Shown: piece by piece, positions 9,995 to 18,735 of the stretch
Layout of the letters: each line of letters begins with the position of its first letter
Position numbering within the stretch: position 1 is the stretch's first letter
Assembly (NCBI GenBank): GCA_963668175.1
Contig: OY764159.1
Span: 1,676,077-1,740,076, forward strand
Length of the DNA: 64,000 nt
Origin: Syntrophales bacterium
GTDB taxonomy: Bacteria > Desulfobacterota > Syntrophia > Syntrophales > PHBD01
Direction: 5' to 3'
Made by a program: the position numbers and the translations under genes
Notes under the pieces: generated by a model
Told to the model about the DNA's origin: nothing
The model's input: the letters and a program-made list of their open reading frames with translations, nothing else
Databases searched by the model: none

Positions 9995-10414
9995 TTACTG
10001 TTTTTTGGCCTTGTTCGGCAGCTTCATGTCGAACCTGGCGTGGCAGTCGAGACAGTAAACCTTGGACGGCGAATGCTCGTGATGGCAGACCGTGCAGGCG
10101 ATGTCCCCCAGGTGGGATTTGTGGGGGTTGCGGTCGGGAAAATCCTTCGGCGTGGAATTTTTAACGAGCTTTTCCATGGGACCGTGGCAGGCGAGGCAGC
10201 GCTGGTTCTCCACTTCCGCGTCGGCCGCGGGAACGGACTTCCCGTGGCAGTTGGCGCAGGCGATGCCGCCTTGCATATGGGGCCCCGCGGCAACCTGGGG
10301 CGCTTTGGCAGTCTTCGGCTCTTTTTTCGCCGCCATAGCGGTGAGATGGCCCGCGGCCAGGCAGATTGCGACCGCCCAAAGGGCGATCCATACGGGTGCG
10401 AATTTTCGTTTCAT
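9995..10414 (-). CDS. small tetraheme cytochrome c (periplasmic)
   Basis: four CxxCH motifs (CANCH, CLACH, CTVCH, CLDCH) in about 140 aa; signal peptide; RBS AAGGGAGA before the ATG at 10414. Confidence 0.85.
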   Translation of the reverse strand: MKRKFAPVWIALWAVAICLAAGHLTAMAAKKEPKTAKAPQVAAGPHMQGGIACANCHGKSVPAADAEVENQRCLACHGPMEKLVKNSTPKDFPDRNPHKSHLGDIACTVCHHEHSPSKVYCLDCHARFDMKLPNKAKKQ

Positions 10415-10604
10415 CGTTATCTCCCTTGTGTAAAGAAAAGGCCCGTGAATCCGGCCCATTCACGGACCCTGTATAAAACCGGACGACAGGGACGACGCCG
10501 GCGTCGGCCGGGGGTCAATTGAAGCCCGGACCGGCGCCGACGGTCCCATTCCTGTGGAGACTCCTCCCGCGGACCGCCTCCGGCCCGCAGAAGGAGCATT
10601 TCCT

Positions 10605-12215
10605 CTATTTCCAGATTTTCTCCGTGGCGGCGAACTTTCCCGCCTGGCGTCCGAAGACGATCAGGTCGCAGATGGCCGTCCCGCTGCCGGGATACCTGCC
10701 GCCGAAAACGCCGATGGCATCGCGGCCCGCCGCATAGAGGCGCGGAATGACCTCGTCGAAGGCGTTGAGCACCTGGGCCTTGGTGTTGATGTTGAGCCCG
10801 CCGTCGTGGGCGATCATGCCCACGCGGACGGTGAAGCCGTAGTAGGGAGGCGTCCTCAGGGGGGCCAGGGCTTTCTTCCTGCCGAACTGGCTGTCCTTTC
10901 CCGCTTCGGCGTCCTTGTTGTAGTAGGCGATGGTCTTCTCCACGGCCGCCGTATCGAGACCCATTTTTGTCGCCAATTCGGCGATAGTGTCGGCCTTCCA
11001 GAGGTCGCCCGCCGCGGCCTGCTTGTCGATGTTGTTGGGATTGAGACCGATGGCGATGGTCATTTCGGGTGTGATCCCCCGGGCTTTCCCCGTTTCGGCG
11101 ATCTCCAGGGCCTTCTTGACGCTGGTGGAATCCAGGATGCAGTAGGCCGTCGTCGCCTTGTTGGTGATCATCGCCTCGCAGACGAGGACGTAGTAAGTGC
11201 CTTCGTCGACGAAGCGCGTGCCGTCCTTCTTGACATAGATGTTGGGAATTCCCCAAATGTTTGCATAGACGATACTCGCCATCCGCTGGCCGGGGAACAT
11301 GGTCGAGGGCAGCGGGCAGATCGTGTTCAGGCCCTTCATGGCGCCGCCGCAGTAGATGCCGATTTTGTAACCGTCTCCCGTGGCGTTGATGTCGCCGGTG
11401 GGGATGGTGTCGGCGAGATCGGGCGAATAGTCCCGAAGCCAGGGAATGCACCCGGGGCTGGACACGATGCCGCCGGTGGCGAGCACGACGGCCTTGCGGG
11501 CCCGGACGTTGATTTCCTTGCCGCGCCTCACAACCTTGACGCCGACGACCTCGTAGCCGCCGTCCGCCTTCGACGGCCGGACGATGGGGCGCGTCACCTG
11601 GGCGCCGAGGACGGTCTTGATGTTCTTCTCGGCCTTCACGGTATTCATCATGACGTTGAACAGATCGCGGCCGCCTCCCTTCACGCGGTGCCCCCGTTTC
11701 ATGGGCGGGGTGATCGCCGTGTATTCCGGCAGAAACTCCATGCCGCTCATGGCGAGGAGTCCTACGGGAAATTCGGCCCCCATGCTCCTGATCCATTCGA
11801 TGTTCTCGTTCGACATCTCCGCCGCGAGCTTCACAAGCTCCGGTTTCGCCCCGCCCTTCCCGCAGGCCATGATATATTTGTACATGGCCTCGGGGGAGTC
11901 TGAAAGCCCCGCTTCCTTCTGTGTGCTCGTTCCCGAAGCGTAGATGATGCCGCCCGATATCTTCGTCGAGCCGCCCGGCACCTCCGATTTATCGAAGATG
12001 AGGACCGACGACCCTGCCCGCGCCGCTTCGATGGCGGCGCAGGCCCCGGCGCCCCCGTATCCGGCGACGACGACGTCGGCCTCCATGTCCCATTTCTTCG
12101 GTATCGGCGCTGCGTGCGAATCCTTCATGCCCATTCCTGCCATGGCCAGGGCACCCGTGCCGATGGCCGCTCCTTTCATGAATCCCCTGCGGGACAACTT
12201 TCCTTCTTCCGGCAT
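10605..12215 (-). CDS. Tat-exported FAD-binding flavoprotein, fumarate reductase/urocanate reductase/methacrylate reductase family
   Basis: twin-arginine signal SRRGFMKGAA; FAD dinucleotide fold VVVAGYGGAGACAA; C-terminal HDGGL...RLYAAGRD motifs of FAD_binding_2 reductases. Confidence 0.85.
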   Translation of the reverse strand: MPEEGKLSRRGFMKGAAIGTGALAMAGMGMKDSHAAPIPKKWDMEADVVVAGYGGAGACAAIEAARAGSSVLIFDKSEVPGGSTKISGGIIYASGTSTQKEAGLSDSPEAMYKYIMACGKGGAKPELVKLAAEMSNENIEWIRSMGAEFPVGLLAMSGMEFLPEYTAITPPMKRGHRVKGGGRDLFNVMMNTVKAEKNIKTVLGAQVTRPIVRPSKADGGYEVVGVKVVRRGKEINVRARKAVVLATGGIVSSPGCIPWLRDYSPDLADTIPTGDINATGDGYKIGIYCGGAMKGLNTICPLPSTMFPGQRMASIVYANIWGIPNIYVKKDGTRFVDEGTYYVLVCEAMITNKATTAYCILDSTSVKKALEIAETGKARGITPEMTIAIGLNPNNIDKQAAAGDLWKADTIAELATKMGLDTAAVEKTIAYYNKDAEAGKDSQFGRKKALAPLRTPPYYGFTVRVGMIAHDGGLNINTKAQVLNAFDEVIPRLYAAGRDAIGVFGGRYPGSGTAICDLIVFGRQAGKFAATEKIWK

Positions 12216-12393
12216 TGCCAATCTCTCCTTCCTCTCTTTTCTCTTACGTCATAAGTCGGCGGCAATATACCAGCGACATAAGGCCGCCGCGGCCTGACAC
12301 GGTCGCCTGGGCGACGGTTCAGCTTTGGGTTTTGTACGGTTAAAAGGCGGGAAAGACAATGACAAGAAATCTTACGTTGATCTTAAAAAATAT

Positions 12394-13683
12394 TTAAGAT
12401 TCGCCGTAGGACGCAAGGAAAGACCGGAGGTTCTGCGTTTTGCTGAGGCCGATCTTCTTCCGGATGTGGTGGCGGTAGACGTTGACGGCGTTTTCCGAGA
12501 CGTTCACGATTTCGGAAATCTCCTTCGTTGTTTTGCCCTCCCGGATGAGGCTTGCAACCTGAATCTCCTTATTGGTCAGGTCCAGGTGGTTCACGGTGAG
12601 CTTGTGGGCGAAGGGCGAGATGATGTCCCGCAGGTTGGATTCGACGACCTTGAGATAGGAGCGGCCCCTTTCGCCCGTCTGGTTCTGCAATTTCTCCAGG
12701 TAGGGAAGGACGAGCTGCTTGATGTTTGCGAGGATCTTGTCCTCCATCTCGCCGCGATCGCCGTCGCGCTGCTTCAGGAGGACCCTGAGGGCCGTGTTCA
12801 GATCCTGCAATTCCCCCGCCTTGATCTCCAGTTCTTTTTCCTTCCGCCTCAATTCGGTGATGTCCCGGATCGATTCGAGAGCCCCGACGACGTTGCCGTC
12901 GCTGTCGTAGAGAGGGCTGGCCTTGCACCATAGGCAGACCTTCTTCCCTTTCAGGCGGCCGACCCATTCCATGCGCAGGAGGGTTTTGTGTTCCCGGACG
13001 ACGGAAAATTCCCTTTCGCCCCTGGCGTCGGGGGCAAGCACGAAGTCGATCAGGATCGGCCGGCGGTTTCCGCAGAAGGGCACGACGTAACTGTAATTCC
13101 CCTGTCCCATCATCTCACTCGCCGGAACACCCGTCATTTCCTCGATCGCCCGGTTCCAGGCGATGACCTTCCCGTCGAGGTCGATCGCCAGTGTGGCGTC
13201 CGGGAGGAAGTCGATGACGTCCATCCAGCGATGTTCCGATTCCCGGAGGGCCACCTCCGCCTGCTTGCCGGCGGTTACATCGCGGCAGCCGACGACCAGG
13301 CCGCCGTTTCCGCCGTTTTCCCGGACGGTTTTTCCCGAACAATAGAGCCAGACATAGCGGCCGTCGGCGTGGCGGAAGCGGAAGGATTCGCCCTGCTGTC
13401 CGGTCTTGAGGGCCTCCGCGAAGGACGCCTTCATCCGTTTGCGGTCCTTTGGGTGCACGTGGTCGGTGACTTCGCGGCCGACGATATGGTCGGCATCGTA
13501 GCCGAGAATGCCTTTGATGGAGGGGGTCACGTACTGGAAAATGCCGTCCCTGTCGAGGAGGGCAACGATATCGACCATGTTGTCGAAGATGACCTTTTGC
13601 AGGGCTGCCGCCGTCGCGCCTCGATCGGCGGTTCTGCGGCACGGGGATTGAGACGGAGTTTTTTTCTGAATTTGCTTTTTCAT
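12394..13683 (-). CDS. PAS-domain sensor with C-terminal LuxR/GerE HTH (transcriptional regulator)
   Basis: two PAS-like domains plus C-terminal LTNKEIQVASLIREGKTTKEISEI...LSKTQ LuxR-type HTH. Confidence 0.8.
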   Translation of the reverse strand: MKKQIQKKTPSQSPCRRTADRGATAAALQKVIFDNMVDIVALLDRDGIFQYVTPSIKGILGYDADHIVGREVTDHVHPKDRKRMKASFAEALKTGQQGESFRFRHADGRYVWLYCSGKTVRENGGNGGLVVGCRDVTAGKQAEVALRESEHRWMDVIDFLPDATLAIDLDGKVIAWNRAIEEMTGVPASEMMGQGNYSYVVPFCGNRRPILIDFVLAPDARGEREFSVVREHKTLLRMEWVGRLKGKKVCLWCKASPLYDSDGNVVGALESIRDITELRRKEKELEIKAGELQDLNTALRVLLKQRDGDRGEMEDKILANIKQLVLPYLEKLQNQTGERGRSYLKVVESNLRDIISPFAHKLTVNHLDLTNKEIQVASLIREGKTTKEISEIVNVSENAVNVYRHHIRKKIGLSKTQNLRSFLASYGES

Positions 13684-13839
13684 GACGGCTGCATGCGGCA
13701 AAGGGGCTCTGCCCGTTTGTTATTTCAGAGGGTGGAGTATAGAAAAGCCGCCGCGCCGTGTCAACGGAATTATGGCTGCTCTGTCGGAAGGTCGCGCGGA
13801 GTGGCTGTTACGCCGGGCCGGCTGCAGCAGTTCGTGCGG

Positions 13840-14469
13840 TTAACGGACGGTGATCTCCACACGGCGGTTTCGCGGTTCGGAGACGCCGTCGGCCGTCGGG
13901 ACCAGGGGGTTTCCCTTTCCATGGTAGGTGATTTCGATGCTGTCGCGGGGGATGCCCTTCGAGAGCAGGACGTTCGCCACGGACTTCGCGCGGCGCAGGG
14001 AAAGCATCCGGTTGTAGTCGTCCGAGCCCACGCTGTCCGTATGGCCGCTGACGATGATGTCCGTCGATTTCCGGACCCTGACGGCTTCCAGGACATCCGG
14101 CAGCAGGCGGAGGGATTCGGGCGTCAGGTCGGCGCTTCCCGACTTGAACTGCATGACGAAGGTCGCCGGGGCCATGGGCTCAGCTTCCAGGGCCTGCCGG
14201 ACGGCCGTCCGGGCCTGCTGTTCGCCGATCACTTTAGGCTTCCCCTGGGCTCCGGTCAGCGCGGAGGTTTCCGTCGATTGCCAGGCCTGATCCAGCGTTT
14301 GCGATCCTTTTTTGTCGGTGACTTCGAGGCTGCCGACCTTGCCGTCGGGATTGGGGAGGAGGATGACTTGCGTCGTCGGACCGCAGGCGGCTACGATGAG
14401 GGAAGCGAGAATGGAAAAGGTTACGGCCTTCAGCGGCTTCAGGCATGATCGCGTAGTCCCCGCGGCCAT
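13840..14469 (-). CDS. OmpA-family lipoprotein
   Basis: lipoprotein signal (LIVAAC), C-terminal OmpA_C motif (SGHTDSVGSDDYNRMLSLRRAKSV...NRRVEI). Confidence 0.75.
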   Translation of the reverse strand: MAAGTTRSCLKPLKAVTFSILASLIVAACGPTTQVILLPNPDGKVGSLEVTDKKGSQTLDQAWQSTETSALTGAQGKPKVIGEQQARTAVRQALEAEPMAPATFVMQFKSGSADLTPESLRLLPDVLEAVRVRKSTDIIVSGHTDSVGSDDYNRMLSLRRAKSVANVLLSKGIPRDSIEITYHGKGNPLVPTADGVSEPRNRRVEITVR

Positions 14470-14470
14470 G

Positions 14471-15007
14471 TTATTCCCCGGCTTTCTTGCCCCGGACCTT
14501 GTCCCACAGACCCTTGAGCGTCGATTTGTCTTCGCCCTTCGCCGGAGCGGCGTCGTCCTCGTCGGGGGCGTCGACCTTGATGGCGAAGTGCGTTCCCCTG
14601 ATGCCGCAGACGGCCGTGGGCGTCTCGAAGCTGACCCCTTTTCGGTTGAGCTTGGCGATGAGTCCGGTGAGATAGGCGATCGTTCCGCGCCGGATTTTCG
14701 CCACGAAGGAGAGCTTTTCTTCCGCCGGATCGAAGGCAAACTGCGACAGGACCACCCGCGAATTGGGTCCCAGGGACAGGACGCTGTTGTCCTGGAGGAT
14801 GATCCCCATCGATCCGTCGGCCCTGGTGATCAGGGTGTCGCTGACTTGCAGTTTTTCGTTTGCCCTGGCGGGGATCATCTGCGCCTGGCGTTTTATGAAG
14901 GCCTGGCCGGAAACGTTTTTGATAAAACCGACCTTGGCCTCCACCGCCGCGGCAGGACCCGTATACAGGATCGCCGCCAGGCAAACCAGTATGGTCAAAT
15001 TTTTCAC
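14471..15007 (-). CDS. FecR-domain protein (periplasmic)
   Basis: FecR-like segment ITRADGSMGIILQDNSVLSLGPNSRVVL; GTG start preceded by AAAGG; signal peptide. Confidence 0.6.
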   Translation of the reverse strand: MKNLTILVCLAAILYTGPAAAVEAKVGFIKNVSGQAFIKRQAQMIPARANEKLQVSDTLITRADGSMGIILQDNSVLSLGPNSRVVLSQFAFDPAEEKLSFVAKIRRGTIAYLTGLIAKLNRKGVSFETPTAVCGIRGTHFAIKVDAPDEDDAAPAKGEDKSTLKGLWDKVRGKKAGE

Positions 15008-15080
15008 GGATTCACCTTTGGAATGGACGAAGTGTAATATATTCGCAGATAAATGCAATATCTTTTTGTCGTCAGGTCGT

Positions 15081-16535
15081 CTACAGCCAGGGGAACCTGA
15101 CCATCAGGCGGTAGATGCGATCGAAGGTCCCGCCGTAGGGCGGCGCCAGAAGGGCGCTCGCGGGGAAGGGCGCCTGTTTGAAGACCGGGCGGAGCTTCGA
15201 ACATTCCAGGAAGCCCTCGTAGCCGTGGTAATGGCCCATGCCGCTGTTGCCGACGCCTCCGAAGGGGAGGTCGTGCTGGGCCACTTGCATCGCGCAGTCG
15301 TTGATGCAGACGCCGCCCGACATGGTCCGGGCGATGACGCTCTCCTGGACGGTGTGGTTGCCGGTGAAGAGGTAGAGGGCCAGGGGCCTGGGGCGGCTGT
15401 TGACATAGGCGACTGCTTCGTCAATGTTCCGGTAGGTCTTGATCGGCAGGACCGGACCGAATATTTCCTCCTGCATCAGCGTCATGGCGTCATCGACATG
15501 GAGAGCCAGCATGGGCGGTATTTTCCGCGATGCCACATCGGGGACGGCGCCGGGAAGGAGATCGACGATCTCGGCCCCCTTGGCGCGGGCGTCGTCGATG
15601 GCCGCCGTAAGCCGCGCAAAGGATTTGGCGTCGATGATGGACGTGTAGTCGGCCGTATCGAGCCGCGGATATCGCCTGGGAACCAGGTTACGGGCCCTGG
15701 CGACGAAGGCCTCTGCTTTGTCTTCGGGGAGAAAGATATAGTCGGGGGCGACGCAGGTTTGTCCTGCGTTCATGTATTTCACGTAGAGGATACGTTCCGC
15801 CGCCTTGCCGATGTCGAAGTCGGCCGCGACGATCGCCGGCGACTTGCCGCCCAACTCCAGGGTGACCGGCGTCAGATGCTCCGCGGCGGTCTTCATGACG
15901 GTCTTCCCCGAACCGGGCGACCCGGTGAAAATCAGGTGGTCGAAGGGCAGCGCGGTGAATTCCCCGGCGGCGATACCCGGCAGGAAGGCCACGAGATCTT
16001 CGGGGATGACTTGGGAGACCAGGCGCTGCAGGAGGCGGCAGAGTCCCTGGGAGTTGGCCGCCATCTTGATCATGCACCGGTTCCCCGCCGCAAGGGCGGA
16101 TGTCAGCGGGCAGACAGCGAGCTGCAGGGGATAATTCCACGGTGAGACGATGCCCACCACGCCTTTCGGCTGGGGGATGACGCGGTTTCCCGCTCCCATG
16201 AACCAGAGCGACACATGCCGGTGCTGCGGCCTTGCCCATGCCGCCAGGCGGCGGCGCGCGTCGGCGAGTCCCGACAGGACGGGAAAGATTTCCAGGAGTC
16301 TCGTTTCGTGAAGGCTGCGGTTGCCGAAGTCGCGGCAAACGGCATCGGCGATCTCCGCCTCGTTCTCGGCGATGGCCGTCTCCAAGGCGAGAAGTGTCCG
16401 GCGCCTTGCGTCCAGGGAGAGATAAGGATTGTCCAGGTACGACGCCCGTTGTTTCGTGAAAACGTCTTGCGCCTGATTTCGCCCCTCATTCATAGCCGGG
16501 GACCGATCCAAAGGAACCGTTACCGTCTCGTCCAT
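15081..16535 (-). CDS. aldehyde dehydrogenase (coniferyl-aldehyde-DH-like)
   Basis: ALDH motifs (ELGGKSP, catalytic Cys region GQTCVAPDY, NYPL); ATG at 16535 with GGGAGGTG RBS. Confidence 0.85.
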   Translation of the reverse strand: MDETVTVPLDRSPAMNEGRNQAQDVFTKQRASYLDNPYLSLDARRRTLLALETAIAENEAEIADAVCRDFGNRSLHETRLLEIFPVLSGLADARRRLAAWARPQHRHVSLWFMGAGNRVIPQPKGVVGIVSPWNYPLQLAVCPLTSALAAGNRCMIKMAANSQGLCRLLQRLVSQVIPEDLVAFLPGIAAGEFTALPFDHLIFTGSPGSGKTVMKTAAEHLTPVTLELGGKSPAIVAADFDIGKAAERILYVKYMNAGQTCVAPDYIFLPEDKAEAFVARARNLVPRRYPRLDTADYTSIIDAKSFARLTAAIDDARAKGAEIVDLLPGAVPDVASRKIPPMLALHVDDAMTLMQEEIFGPVLPIKTYRNIDEAVAYVNSRPRPLALYLFTGNHTVQESVIARTMSGGVCINDCAMQVAQHDLPFGGVGNSGMGHYHGYEGFLECSKLRPVFKQAPFPASALLAPPYGGTFDRIYRLMVRFPWL

Positions 16536-17049
16536 CCTGGCACCTCCCGCTGTCTTTCGCTGGGGGCACGCGTTCCGTCTTGAACCGTTCGCGCCGTGTG
16601 CCGGCCCGGAAACCGATTCCCTCCGGGGCACCGCTTTCCGTGACCGCTCCCCCCCTGCACGGTACGGCGTCCTTCCCTGTTCCTTGAGTCTTGCGATGTT
16701 ACCAGTATAAGAAGGCCGTTTGAATATGTCAAATAAAACATAATATGTCAGGAACGAACGGACGAACGGATCGCCTGTGTCGAACGCCACGGCCGGCGAA
16801 ACAGGAAAAAGCTATAATTATTGAATATATACAATATAAGACCGGAAAGGCGCGTCCGGCTTTGTGTTGCGGGAATGAACGTTCGCTCATGTAGGAACTA
16901 CAGAGCTTATAGCGATTGATCTTTTATAAAATATTCAATATAATGCCGGAAAGTGGTTTCCCGCTTGAAAACGTGCCGGTAAGGCCCGGAAGAAAGCCTT
17001 GTGCGGTTTCGGCGGGAATCCTACGCGAAATAGATCAAGGAGGTTTTGG

Positions 17050-18720
17050 ATGCGCAAGACAAGGATGTTGTTATTGGTGGGCGGTATCATGCTGGTGCTG
17101 ATATCGTCGTCCGTCGCCGCAGCCGCCGAGGCGAAGGATGCCCGGAGCGGCGCGACGTCTTTTGAAAAGCTGATGGGCTTCGGCGAAGGCCTGGCTGCCG
17201 TTTACGCCAAAGGGCAGTGGGGTTTTATCGACCTGGCGGGCAAGCGGGTCATCGAGCCCCTCTTCCATGAAGTCAGGGGATTCCGCGGAGACTATGCCGC
17301 GGCCCGCCTGGAAAAGCGATGGGGTTTCATCGACAGGAAGGGCACGTTCGTCATCAATCCCCAGTTCGACGACGCCCGGAATTTTTCCGAAGGCCTGGCC
17401 GTCGTGAAGAAAGAGAATGCCTGGGGTGTAATTAACGAAAAGGGTGCTATCGTCCTCGACTATTCCTATGAAGATCTGAAGAGTTTCAACGGCGGCCTGG
17501 CCCCGGCCAAGAGGACCGGCAAGTGGGGCTACATCGCCAAGGACGGAAGCTTCAAAATCGCCCGGACCTGGCTGGAGGCCGGCGAATTCGCCGACGGCTT
17601 CGCCCCGGTGAAGACCGTGGAAAACCAGTGGGGTTATATCGATACCAAGGGCCGGTACGTCATCGAGGCCCAGTTCGACGGCGCCGGCGGATTCTCGGGC
17701 GGGCTGGCCCCCGTGCAGGAAGAGACGAAATGGGGCTTCATCGACAGGAAGGGCAAATTCCGGATCAACCCCCAGTACGCCGGAGCCAGGCCTTTTAAAG
17801 ACGATCTGGCTGCGGTGCAGTCGGGCGGCAAGTGGGGTTACATCGACAGGAAAGGGAGGCTCGCCGTCCCCTGTAGTTTCGATGCGTCCGGCGACTTCAG
17901 CGGCGGCCGCGCCCTCGTGGAAAAAGACGGCGTCTCCTTCTACATCGACAAGAAAGGCGGGCAGATCCTCGACGTATCGGCCCGTAAGGTGGTCGCGGCG
18001 GCTCCGGTGACTCCGGCGGCTCCGGCGGCGAAAAGAAGCAGCCTGAAGGACGCGTGTGGCCAGACGCCCTGTCGCATTACCGGCCTCGGCAACGTCGCCT
18101 TCGGCGATATCCCCGTCAGCAACAGGTTAGGGAGTGCAGCGGACAACGATCTCGTGATCCTGAACCTGAGTTCTTCCGATCTCGTTGTGACCGCGAACAA
18201 CATCTTTGCCGGCATGCCGAACACGATCAAGAAAGGGCACAACTACACGTTCTATAACCAGAAGGATACGTTACAGGGTTATATAACCTTCGCGTTCGAC
18301 GATGCCGCGAACCCCGATCCGTTCATGATTTATGGGGATCACGTATCCCAGGACCCGTTTGCCTTTTTCGTGCAGGATCCCTGTCCGCAATCCTCTTTGT
18401 CCACCAGGAAGGGACTCAAGGCACCGCTGGGCAGTTCGCCTGCAGCCCCGAAAGATTCGGGAAACAGTCCCTATCAGTGGGACGGCCAGATGCACTGGGG
18501 CCGGTTCGCCACGAATGTCGCGCCGGTGGGGCAGTGTCCGGAAATGTGCACGGATTACAGGGCCTATACCGTCGTATCGCCCCGGCGGACCGTCACGATC
18601 TCTTCGACGAATTTCAAGGAAAAAACCGGCGGCACGCTTTTCCTCATCGTTGCCGATACGAATCCGGGCGACGGCGTTTCGATCTTCTCGCAGCGCATCT
18701 CGCCCGTCGTACCCAAATAG
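17050..18720 (+). CDS. secreted KWG/WG-repeat protein with unknown C-terminal domain
   Basis: signal peptide; at least 8 tandem about 40-aa repeats each containing KWGFID/KWGYI; RBS AAGGAGG. Confidence 0.7.
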   Translation: MRKTRMLLLVGGIMLVLISSSVAAAAEAKDARSGATSFEKLMGFGEGLAAVYAKGQWGFIDLAGKRVIEPLFHEVRGFRGDYAAARLEKRWGFIDRKGTFVINPQFDDARNFSEGLAVVKKENAWGVINEKGAIVLDYSYEDLKSFNGGLAPAKRTGKWGYIAKDGSFKIARTWLEAGEFADGFAPVKTVENQWGYIDTKGRYVIEAQFDGAGGFSGGLAPVQEETKWGFIDRKGKFRINPQYAGARPFKDDLAAVQSGGKWGYIDRKGRLAVPCSFDASGDFSGGRALVEKDGVSFYIDKKGGQILDVSARKVVAAAPVTPAAPAAKRSSLKDACGQTPCRITGLGNVAFGDIPVSNRLGSAADNDLVILNLSSSDLVVTANNIFAGMPNTIKKGHNYTFYNQKDTLQGYITFAFDDAANPDPFMIYGDHVSQDPFAFFVQDPCPQSSLSTRKGLKAPLGSSPAAPKDSGNSPYQWDGQMHWGRFATNVAPVGQCPEMCTDYRAYTVVSPRRTVTISSTNFKEKTGGTLFLIVADTNPGDGVSIFSQRISPVVPK

Positions 18721-18735
18721 AAAGGATAACAGAAC

